Source: Promethearchaeota archaeon
Lineage (GTDB): Archaea > Asgardarchaeota > Lokiarchaeia > Sigyniarchaeales > SOKP01
Assembly: GCA_019058295.1 (NCBI GenBank)
Contig: JAHPZI010000027.1
Location: 15,934-35,833 of the forward strand
Direction of reading: 5' to 3'
Length of the DNA: 19,900 bases
Within the stretch, counting starts at the first letter, position 1. Each line of letters begins with the position of its first letter. The notes under the pieces are model-generated. The model was not told the DNA's origin. It was given only the letters and a program-made list of their open reading frames with translations, and made no database searches. Positions 7,343-15,987 of the stretch are shown here, one piece after another. The position numbers and the translations under genes were made by a program.

Positions 7343-10300
7343 TTATTCTCTTCCCAATCGTTCGATCCTTCTTATTTCTTTTATTCGTTTTTTACCTGCG
7401 ATTCTTTTCTTAATAATAATTATCCCTGCTACCGCTGCCCCTCCGGAGACTCCTATTATGGTAAGACCAATAGGGCTTGTTAAAAATTCCACAAGAACAA
7501 AACCTTCCTTAGGTTTTTTCCCATCATCATCGTCATCTCCATCTGTCGGTATTATAGGAAGAAATTGAGATTTAATCACAGTTACATTAGCGAATCCAAT
7601 ATTTCCTACTGTATCATTACAGTAAAAGATAATAGTAATAACTTTTCCATAATCAATAGAATTCCACATTTCTTTCCAATCTTCTTCATCTATCGTATCG
7701 TTTGAAATGAATTGACGATTCTCAGTATAATCAGTTCCATTGAATAATCTGTACCACATTGTATCATTATTTGCCTCAAAAACAATTATGATAAATTTTG
7801 GAGGCGAACTATATACGGATTGATTCACAATAGGCTTGATTATCGTAATCTCTGGAGCTATGATATCTTTTCTTACAATAACTTCTGCCATTCCAATGTA
7901 ACCTAAAGAATCATTCGCAAAAATTCGGATGATGATAGTTCCATTACTCATTTGATTCCAAACAGTCTGATTAACTTTACCATTCCATGTATAATTATCA
8001 GTATAATCCGTGTTATCCGTTCTATTTATGAGCATATACCACTGAGCATCAATACCCCTCACATCCTTAAAAATCACATCGCAATCCGCCAAACCTGGTG
8101 CGGTTGAGTTAAATAGATCATTTGGATCAGGATCATTGATAACTATTAAAGGTCCCAGAATATCCTTCCTAATCGTTGTAGAATTCATCCTCAAATTGCC
8201 GAAGGTATCATTCGCATAGAATTCGATAATGACCGTACCATTCGGACAGTTGTTCCAAGCATTTTGATTAATTTGTCCTGTTCTTTCTAAGCCTATACCG
8301 GGAATAGTGTAATTTATTGACCACTCGGTACCATTCCAGAGCCGATACCATGTATCATCTAAATAAATATCAATAATTGTTAATTTGTATGAAGGAGCCG
8401 TCGCGCTTAATAATTTATTATTTTTAGGCTCAATAATCGTGATATATGGTGCAATAGAATCTTTAGATCTCGATAATCTCCAGAGGTCATTCAAATACCC
8501 AATAACACCTGATTCGGCATAACCATCTCCTCCGAATAACCATAAGTTTCCGTTCGTATCCGTCCAAGAAACAGAATAGGATCTAGCTCCCGGATAATTT
8601 GCTATATCAGGAACTCCCATCGTGCCATATACGCCATATGCATCTGTGGTGTTATTCCCTGACATCCATGCCCACTCCTTTGAAGTGATGTCAAATCTCC
8701 AGAGGTCATTAAAATCCCCACCAAAGAATGAATTCCCACCTCCGAATAACCATAAGTTTCCGTCAGTATCCATCCAAGAAACAGAACCGTCTCTACCTCC
8801 CGGATAATTCGCCATATCAGGAACTCCCATCGTGCCATATACACCATCCTGATTTGTGGTTTTATTCCCAGATATCCACGCCCACTCCTTTGAGGTGATA
8901 TTAAATCTCCAGAGGTCATTTAGCTGCCCACTACCTGATTCGGCACAACCAGAACCTCCGAATAACCATAAATTTCCGTCCATATCAGTCCAAGAAACAG
9001 AACCCCCTCTACCTCCCGGATAATTCGCCATATCAGGAACTCCCTTCGTGCCATATACGCCATATTCACTTGCGGTTTTATTACCTGACATCCACGCCCA
9101 CTCCCTTGAGGAGATGTCAAATCTCCAGAGGTCATTCAATATCCCAGGACCACCTGATTCGGCATAACCAAGACCTCCGAATAACCATAAGTTTCCATCC
9201 GTATCCGTCCAAGAAACAGAAACGAATCTACCTCCTGGACAATTCGTAATATCAGGAACTCCCTTCGTGCCATATACGCCATATTCTACTATGTTTTTAC
9301 CCCCTGACATCCATGCCCATTCCTTTGAGATAATGTCAAATTTCCAGAGGTCATTCAACCACCCAATATTACCTGATTCGTTATAACCCCAACCTCCGAA
9401 TAACCATAAATTTCCGTCCGTATCCGTCCAAGAAACAGAATAATTTCTAGCTCCTGGATGATTTATCACATCAGGAACTCCCTTCATGCCATAAAAACCA
9501 GTTTGATTTGGGATTTTACTCCCTGACATCCACGCCCACTCCTTTGAGGTGATGTTAAATCTCCAGAGGTCATTCAAAGACCCACTACCTATTTCAGCAT
9601 AACCACCTCCTCCGAATAACCAAAAATTTCCGTCCATATCCGTCCAAGAAACAGAACCAAATCTAGCTCCCGGATAATTCGCCATATCAGGAACTCCCCT
9701 CGTGCCATATACACCATTTTGATTTGGGATTTTATTCCCTAACATCCAACTCCAATAATATTTCGGTCCAATATCTTTTCTTACAGTAACTTCTGCCATT
9801 CCAATGTTGCCTAACGAATCATTCGCAAAAATACGGATAATAACAAATCCATTATCCATATAGTCCCAGACGAATTGATCCACCTCGTCATTCCACGTAT
9901 AATTTTCCGTATAGTGATTGCTGTCTGTTGCATTTATAAGCATATACCATTTAGCATCAATACCACTCACATCACTAAAAATTACGTCGCAATCTGCCAA
10001 ACCTGGTGCGGTTAAGGAAAATAATTTATTCGGAGTGGGAGCATTAATAGTTATTAAAGGTCCCAAATTATCTTTTCTCACTAAAACATCATCAGAACCC
10101 ATCAATCCGTTTGTTCTGTTCAAAAAGAATCGAATAATAACCGTCCCATTTTCAAATTGATTCCATAAATTGTATTGAATTTTGTCTTCAATTAATCCAG
10201 GAGTGACGGTCTTAGAATATGTGAAATTGTTGGTATAATCATTACTGTTTGTTCCATTTATGAGCATATACCATATGGTATCTAGGTTATCTCCCAATAC

Positions 10301-12460
10301 TGAAATCGTGAAATTCATAGTATTTTTCCCAAAAATATCATTTAAATCAGGTTGAGTAATAAAAATTAATGGATCTACAATATTTTTCAATACAGTAACT
10401 TCTGCCATTCCAATTTTGCCTAATGAGTCATTCGCAAAAATACGGATGATTACGGTACCATTACCCATTTGATTCCAAGCAGTTTGATTAATTTCACCAT
10501 TCCACGTATAATTCTCCGTATAGTGATTGCTGTCTGTTCCATTTATAAGCATATACCAACGAGCATCAATACCACTTACATCACTAAAAATTACATCGCA
10601 ATCTGCCAAACCTGGTGCGGTTGAGGAAAATATTTCAAATAGAACAGGATCATTAATAGTTATTATAGGACCTAAAATATCCTTCCTAATACTGGTAGAA
10701 TCCACCCTCAAATTACCGTAAGTATCATTCGCATAGAATTCGATAATGACAGTACCATTCGGACAGTTGTTCCAAGCATCTTGATTAATTTGTCCGGTTC
10801 TTTTTGAGACTATTCCCGGAATCGTATAAGTTATTGACCACTCAGTACCATTCCAGAGCCGATACCAAGTATCATTTAAATGAGCATCAATAAAGGTTAA
10901 GTTGTATGAAGGAGCCGTCGCATTAAATAATTTATTAGATCTAGGCTCAATAATCGTGATATATGGAGCAATACAATCTTGAAATCTCCAGAGGTCATTC
11001 ATATTCACCTCAAAACCTGATTCGGCATAAGGATACCCTCCGAATAACCATAAATTTCCGTCCGTATCCATCCAAGAAACAGAACCCGTTCTAGCTCCCG
11101 GATAATTCGCCGTATCAGGAACTCCCTTCGTGCCATATACGCCATATTGATTCAAGGTTTTACTCCCTGACATCCACGCCCACTCCTTTGAGGTGATATC
11201 AAATTTCCAGAGGTCATTCAAATAATCAAAACTTCCTTCGTTAAAACCATAACCTCCGAATAACCATAAATTTCCGTCCGTATCCGTCCAAGAAATAGAA
11301 GCTTCTCTACCTCCCGGATAATTCGCTATATCAGGAACTCCCTTCGTGCCATATACGCCAAAACTCCACATGGTTTTATTTCCTGACATCCACGCCCACT
11401 CCTTTGAGGTGATGCTAAATCTCCAGAGATCATTCAAATACCCACCAAAACCTGATTCGATATAACCACTTCCTCCGAATAACCATAAATTTCCATCCGT
11501 ATCCGTCCAAGAAACAGAAGCGTATCTAGCTCCTGGATAATTCGCTATATCAGGAACTCCCTTCGTGCCATATACGCCGCATTCCTCTGTGGTTTTATTC
11601 CCTGACATCCACGTCCACTCCTTTGAGCTGCTGTTAAATCTCCAGAGGTCATTCAACTCCCCAACACTCCCTGTTTCGTTATAACCATAACCTCCGAATA
11701 ACCATAGATTTCCGTCTGTATCCATCCAAGAAACAGAACTGGATCTACTTCCTGGATAATTCGCCCTATCAGGAACTCCCTTCGTGCCATATACGCCATT
11801 TTGATTTAAGGTTTTATTCCCTGACATCCACGCCCACTCCTTTGAGGTGATATCAAATCTCCAGAGGTCATTCAGCCGCCCATAACCACCTGATTCGGCA
11901 AAACCATAACCTCCGAATAACCATAGATTTTCGTCCGTATCCATCCAAGAAACAGAACCAGATCTGGCTCCCGGATAATTCGCCCTATCAGGAACTTCTT
12001 TCGTGCCATATGTGCCATTTACATTTATGGTTTTATTCCCTGACATCCACGCCCACTCCTTTGAGGTGAGGTTAAATCTCCAGAGGTCATTCAACTGCCC
12101 ATAACCACCTGATTCGGCAAAACCACCTCCTCCGAATAACCAAAAATTTCCGTCCATATCCGTCCAAGAAACAGAACCAGATCTGGCTCCCGGATAATTC
12201 GCCCTATCAGGAACTCCCTTTGTGCCATATATACCATTCTCATCACCAGTTTTGTTCCCTGACATCCATGTCCAATCATAGTTCGCTCCCGCTGCTTTTC
12301 TTGGAGGTTCTAATTTGAAATCATTCCTATCTTCTTCAGTTATTTCATTCTTTATTGCTAGACGTTCTGAATTTCCCAAATTAGGATACTCATTAGTTAT
12401 GATGCTTACTCCTATTAAAAATATCAAAAGCCCCCATAAAAGTACGATTTTTTTATTCAT
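7343..12460 (-). CDS. Large surface glycoprotein: signal peptide, two 6-bladed Kelch-like beta-propellers, seven Ig-like ~100-aa domains, C-terminal TM anchor
   Basis: N-terminal MNKKIVLLW... signal and 12 repeats of W.WMSG...YPG.R...W.D.DGNLWLFGG...LNDLW.F. Also D..(A/G)P.I.I..P...(Y/F)AND..GN domains, many N-x-S/T sequons, a DGDDDDDG linker, a TM helix and a basic tail. Confidence 0.85.
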   Translation of the reverse strand: MNKKIVLLWGLLIFLIGVSIITNEYPNLGNSERLAIKNEITEEDRNDFKLEPPRKAAGANYDWTWMSGNKTGDENGIYGTKGVPDRANYPGARSGSVSWTDMDGNFWLFGGGGFAESGGYGQLNDLWRFNLTSKEWAWMSGNKTINVNGTYGTKEVPDRANYPGARSGSVSWMDTDENLWLFGGYGFAESGGYGRLNDLWRFDITSKEWAWMSGNKTLNQNGVYGTKGVPDRANYPGSRSSSVSWMDTDGNLWLFGGYGYNETGSVGELNDLWRFNSSSKEWTWMSGNKTTEECGVYGTKGVPDIANYPGARYASVSWTDTDGNLWLFGGSGYIESGFGGYLNDLWRFSITSKEWAWMSGNKTMWSFGVYGTKGVPDIANYPGGREASISWTDTDGNLWLFGGYGFNEGSFDYLNDLWKFDITSKEWAWMSGSKTLNQYGVYGTKGVPDTANYPGARTGSVSWMDTDGNLWLFGGYPYAESGFEVNMNDLWRFQDCIAPYITIIEPRSNKLFNATAPSYNLTFIDAHLNDTWYRLWNGTEWSITYTIPGIVSKRTGQINQDAWNNCPNGTVIIEFYANDTYGNLRVDSTSIRKDILGPIITINDPVLFEIFSSTAPGLADCDVIFSDVSGIDARWYMLINGTDSNHYTENYTWNGEINQTAWNQMGNGTVIIRIFANDSLGKIGMAEVTVLKNIVDPLIFITQPDLNDIFGKNTMNFTISVLGDNLDTIWYMLINGTNSNDYTNNFTYSKTVTPGLIEDKIQYNLWNQFENGTVIIRFFLNRTNGLMGSDDVLVRKDNLGPLITINAPTPNKLFSLTAPGLADCDVIFSDVSGIDAKWYMLINATDSNHYTENYTWNDEVDQFVWDYMDNGFVIIRIFANDSLGNIGMAEVTVRKDIGPKYYWSWMLGNKIPNQNGVYGTRGVPDMANYPGARFGSVSWTDMDGNFWLFGGGGYAEIGSGSLNDLWRFNITSKEWAWMSGSKIPNQTGFYGMKGVPDVINHPGARNYSVSWTDTDGNLWLFGGWGYNESGNIGWLNDLWKFDIISKEWAWMSGGKNIVEYGVYGTKGVPDITNCPGGRFVSVSWTDTDGNLWLFGGLGYAESGGPGILNDLWRFDISSREWAWMSGNKTASEYGVYGTKGVPDMANYPGGRGGSVSWTDMDGNLWLFGGSGCAESGSGQLNDLWRFNITSKEWAWISGNKTTNQDGVYGTMGVPDMANYPGGRDGSVSWMDTDGNLWLFGGGNSFFGGDFNDLWRFDITSKEWAWMSGNNTTDAYGVYGTMGVPDIANYPGARSYSVSWTDTNGNLWLFGGDGYAESGVIGYLNDLWRLSRSKDSIAPYITIIEPKNNKLLSATAPSYKLTIIDIYLDDTWYRLWNGTEWSINYTIPGIGLERTGQINQNAWNNCPNGTVIIEFYANDTFGNLRMNSTTIRKDILGPLIVINDPDPNDLFNSTAPGLADCDVIFKDVRGIDAQWYMLINRTDNTDYTDNYTWNGKVNQTVWNQMSNGTIIIRIFANDSLGYIGMAEVIVRKDIIAPEITIIKPIVNQSVYSSPPKFIIIVFEANNDTMWYRLFNGTDYTENRQFISNDTIDEEDWKEMWNSIDYGKVITIIFYCNDTVGNIGFANVTVIKSQFLPIIPTDGDDDDDGKKPKEGFVLVEFLTSPIGLTIIGVSGGAAVAGIIIIKKRIAGKKRIKEIRRIERLGRE
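8474..9754 (-). repeat. Intragenic tandem repeat array 2 (6 units, 210-219 bp)
   Basis: The equivalent anchor recurs at 9741, 9525, 9306, 9087, 8871 and 8661. Confidence 0.95.
10982..12274 (-). repeat. Intragenic tandem repeat array 1 (6 units, 216-219 bp)
   Basis: The GACATCCA anchor recurs at 12261, 12042, 11823, 11604, 11385 and 11169. Confidence 0.95.
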
Positions 12461-12751
12461 TGCTATAGTTCAATTATAAAGGATTCAAATAAAATATCAA
12501 AATAATGAAAATGATTTTTTGTCGATATTTTCTATTATTGATTTATCTGTATAAAAACATGACGGTTTTTAATTTCCTAAAAAATTAAATTTAAGATTAT
12601 AAGGGAAATCCATATTATTCATCTCACAAATCCCACAAAAAGGATATAACTCTAATCGGAATCGATCTTTCTCTCAGATTAAGAATTCAGAAATTTGATT
12701 AGTTATTTATTTATTTACTAATTAATTCATTTATTCATTTATTAACTAATA

Positions 12752-13042
12752 GTGGTTAACTTGAAAAATAAATTTATTATTATGAACAGAGAAGATAATT
12801 GTGCTACTGCTTTAGCGACAATTTCTAAAGATGCTGAAATAGAAATAAATGGTACTCGTATTAAATTAAATGAAGATATTGAAATTGGTCATAAAATCAC
12901 CTTAAAGGATCTTAAAAAAGGAGATTTAATACTAAAATATGGAGAAATTATTGGAATTGCGATAATAGATATAAAAGCAGGGGATTGGATTCATACACAT
13001 AATATAAAAAGCCATTATTTGGAGAAGATAAAAAATGACTGA
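12752..13042 (+). CDS. UxaA-family dehydratase small subunit (SAF domain)
   Basis: DNCATAL, GHKITL.D...G..I.KYGE.IG and G.WIHTHN motifs. Overlaps the next gene by 8 nt (ATGACTGA). Confidence 0.88.
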   Translation: MVNLKNKFIIMNREDNCATALATISKDAEIEINGTRIKLNEDIEIGHKITLKDLKKGDLILKYGEIIGIAIIDIKAGDWIHTHNIKSHYLEKIKND

Positions 13043-14219
13043 GGAATTTATGGGATTTCCACGGCCAAAAGGACAAGTGGGTATTAGAAACAAAATTGTT
13101 ATCTTGCCCAGTGTTGTTTGCGTTAATCACGTTGCTCAACAAATTGCAAAAAAAGTTGAAAATTCTGTTGCAATAACTCATCCTCTTGGATGTGGGCAAT
13201 TTGGACATGATTTTAATTATACAATTAAAACTTTGGCAGGTTTAGCAACAAATCCAAATGTATTTGGAGTAATAGTTATTGGACTTGGCTGTGAGAATCT
13301 TACAAGTAAGAAGTTAGCAAGACAAATAAAGAGAGCAAAAAAACCAGTAGAATTTTATGATGTACAAGAAATTAATGGTGGAACAATAGGCGCTATTGAA
13401 AAAGGAGTGGAAATTGGAAAAAAAATGCGAGAAGAGAGTGCGGAACTAAAGAGAGAACCTTTTGATTTTTCCAACTTGATTTTAGGATTAGAATGTGGTG
13501 GATCTGATTCAATTTCAGGAATAACTGCAAATCCTGCAGTTGGAATTGTTTCAGATAAAATTGTAAGCCTTGGAGGTACATCAATTCTTCCAGAGTTTAC
13601 TGAATGGATTGGTACTGAACATTTATTAATGAAAAGAGCAGTGGATCAGAATGTTGCAGATAAAATTCATTCTGTTATGAATTCATTTCTTGACAGTACG
13701 ATGAAGATTGGCATTGATTTCCGAGGAGTTCAACCAACTCCAGGAAATATTGCGGGAGGGTTAACAACTATTGAGGAAAAATCTTTGGGTACAATAGCAA
13801 AAGCAGGAAAGGTACCAATCCAAGGAGTGTTAGAATATTCTGAAGCACCAAAGAAAAAAGGATTATGGTTAATGTTTGAACCTGGGTTAGATGTAGAATC
13901 CATGACAGGACTAGCAGCAGCAGGAGCTCAAGTAATCATTATGACAACTGGAAGAGGGAGCCCTACGGGTAATCCAGTTTCACCAGTTATTAAGATCTGC
14001 GGAAATCCAAAAACATGTGATTGGATGAAATGCAATATTGATGTGGATGCGAGCAGTATTATCACAGAAAATAAAAGTGTAGATGATATAGCCCAAATTT
14101 TAGGGAAAAAATTAATTGATGTTTGTAATGGAGAACAAACTCAAGCAGAGGTTTTAGGGTTTGAGGATATCGCGATATGGAGGGTTATGAATTTTCCCTT
14201 TTCTGCGTTTAAAATATGA
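13035..14219 (+). CDS. UxaA/GarD/SuyB-family dehydratase large subunit
   Basis: G.VGIRN, SVVC, HPLGCGQ, NPNV, GLGCE, LECGGSD..SG.TANP, PTPGN..GGLTTIEEKSLG, TTGRG and DVDAS motifs. Confidence 0.92.
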   Translation: MTEEFMGFPRPKGQVGIRNKIVILPSVVCVNHVAQQIAKKVENSVAITHPLGCGQFGHDFNYTIKTLAGLATNPNVFGVIVIGLGCENLTSKKLARQIKRAKKPVEFYDVQEINGGTIGAIEKGVEIGKKMREESAELKREPFDFSNLILGLECGGSDSISGITANPAVGIVSDKIVSLGGTSILPEFTEWIGTEHLLMKRAVDQNVADKIHSVMNSFLDSTMKIGIDFRGVQPTPGNIAGGLTTIEEKSLGTIAKAGKVPIQGVLEYSEAPKKKGLWLMFEPGLDVESMTGLAAAGAQVIIMTTGRGSPTGNPVSPVIKICGNPKTCDWMKCNIDVDASSIITENKSVDDIAQILGKKLIDVCNGEQTQAEVLGFEDIAIWRVMNFPFSAFKI

Positions 14220-14316
14220 TCCCTATGGATATGATAATTTGTAGGGGATATAATTATTTTTAAATATATTAAATACATTAAATAACTAAGTTTATTTTTA
14301 TGAGGTAAGATATAAG

Positions 14317-15969
14317 ATGGAAACTTCAAGGAATATATCCCAGACTATACTTTCATTTTTATTAGTATCTATTGGAATGATGACAACAATAACCTTTGGA
14401 TTCGTGCCACTTCTTAATTATTTTGAAAAATATATGACTGTATTGTATGCATTATTCTTTTGGGCACCTATGGGCTTATCTTGTTTAATTTTTGGTAAAT
14501 TAAAACTCATTGATAGAGTAAAAAAGAAGGAATTTTTTTGTTTTTCTTACATAATCTGGGGAATTCTAGTTTTGATTCTTAATTTTTCAAGCTCAAATAT
14601 GATTTTATCGATTATTCTTGTAATTATTTTGGGTTCACTGACGGCGATAAATGTAATCAGTGGAGCAAATTATATAAGCGCCAATGTTCCTATTAATCGA
14701 AGAGGATTTACAGCAGGAATTTTTCTTGGAATCGGGTGGGGTCTTGTTGCCTTAACAGCTTATATATCTTTCATAGATTTACATATTAACTTTATTATTT
14801 TGGCTGTTTCAAATATTATGGTTGGATTCATTAGCTTTCTACTTATTAATTCAGGAAAAGTAGAAATAATGTGGAAACAGATGTTTTCGATACCGAGAGA
14901 TTACAATGTACGTAAAAATATGATGATTTTTTGGTTAAGTTCATTAGTTTTTTCTACCTTTTTAGGAATCATTGTATTTTTACTAGGAACTACAATGAGA
15001 TTTGATGAATCTTTAGAATCATTCTATCTCGAAAATTTTATTTATTATTTTGAAACTGCAGAATCATATAATTTAGGTCTTGTAAACTTTGATTTCATCG
15101 CAGTCGGAGCTATGAATTTAATTTTGAGCCCAATTCTAGGTCGTTTAATGGATAAATTTGGACGTAAACCTATTTATTTTCTTTCAAATCTTCTTATTCC
15201 AGGATGTTTGATATTATTAGCTTTTTGGAGATCCTTTGAGGTTATTGTTATTACTTTAGTTATATATTCTATGATATGTGCGAGTTATGTTATAATAGAA
15301 TGTACTGTTTGGTCTGATTTAGCTCAAGAAGATAATATTGGACAATTTAATGGTTTAGGATGGAGTTCAATGGGATTAGGTGGAGCACTCGGATTTTTAA
15401 TGGGATATATAATTACAACGCCGGCATTCCTCGCGCAAATTGATCTGTTGGTTGTTATGACAATTATCGGATTAAGTGAAATCTCGATGATACCATTCAT
15501 CTCTATGCGTGATTCTTTACCTCCTGCAGAGGAAATGGAATGGCAAAAAGAGATTTTACACATATATGTGATTGCTGAAGGAGGAATTGTTATGTCTGAT
15601 TTTTCCTTTTTAAAATGGCGAGAGAAAAAAGATCCCTTAATACAAAGAAAAACAGAAGAATTTGATCCTAATCTGTTTAGCGGCGGGATCTCTGGTGTGA
15701 GTACAATGCTGAGAGAAATGATTGATTCTCAACAATCTAAATTGAAAGTTATAGACCATGAAGATAAAAAGTTAATATTTGAATATGGAAAAGGATTTAC
15801 CTCTGTTTTAATCTCATCTAAAGATCTTAAAATCCTCCGAAATAAACTAAAAACTTTAACTGAGGAAATTCAAAATGTTTTCTCGGAACAAATAGAACAC
15901 TGGGATGGAGACCTAGACAAATTTTTACCGGTAAAAACAATGATTAAAAACCGTTTCGAAATAAATTAA
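14317..15969 (+). CDS. MFS transporter with C-terminal longin-like domain
   Basis: About 12 TM helices, MFS motif A GRLMDKFGRKP and RRGFTAG. The last ~140 aa (from ~15541) are soluble with a beta-beta-alpha-beta-beta-beta-alpha-alpha pattern and WDGD. An RBS-like GAGGT lies at 14302-14306. Confidence 0.8.
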   Translation: METSRNISQTILSFLLVSIGMMTTITFGFVPLLNYFEKYMTVLYALFFWAPMGLSCLIFGKLKLIDRVKKKEFFCFSYIIWGILVLILNFSSSNMILSIILVIILGSLTAINVISGANYISANVPINRRGFTAGIFLGIGWGLVALTAYISFIDLHINFIILAVSNIMVGFISFLLINSGKVEIMWKQMFSIPRDYNVRKNMMIFWLSSLVFSTFLGIIVFLLGTTMRFDESLESFYLENFIYYFETAESYNLGLVNFDFIAVGAMNLILSPILGRLMDKFGRKPIYFLSNLLIPGCLILLAFWRSFEVIVITLVIYSMICASYVIIECTVWSDLAQEDNIGQFNGLGWSSMGLGGALGFLMGYIITTPAFLAQIDLLVVMTIIGLSEISMIPFISMRDSLPPAEEMEWQKEILHIYVIAEGGIVMSDFSFLKWREKKDPLIQRKTEEFDPNLFSGGISGVSTMLREMIDSQQSKLKVIDHEDKKLIFEYGKGFTSVLISSKDLKILRNKLKTLTEEIQNVFSEQIEHWDGDLDKFLPVKTMIKNRFEIN

Positions 15970-15987
15970 TAATAGGAGATTTAATTA

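Noticed and set aside
8474-12274. Diversity-generating retroelement TR/VR or CRISPR array
   Set aside because: The repeats are in-frame coding units, substitutions are not restricted to adenines, there is no non-coding template copy or unique spacer, and no reverse transcriptase or cas gene is present in the window.
8474-12274. Galactose oxidase enzyme annotation
   Set aside because: Only Kelch-like blades are evident (six per propeller). No copper-ligand His/Tyr/Cys set or C-terminal oxidase domain can be identified.
12698-12750. (TTAT)n/(TTCAT) tracts and ATTAGTTA...TAACTAAT inverted repeat before the SAF gene
   Set aside because: Low-complexity AT-rich sequence where such matches are expected by chance.
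14212-14255. Eukaryote-like SECIS element (AUGA...GA) with selenocysteine readthrough
   Set aside because: The core register is imperfect, there is no 5' apical AA, it overlaps the stop codon itself, and readthrough would add only SLWI before further stops.
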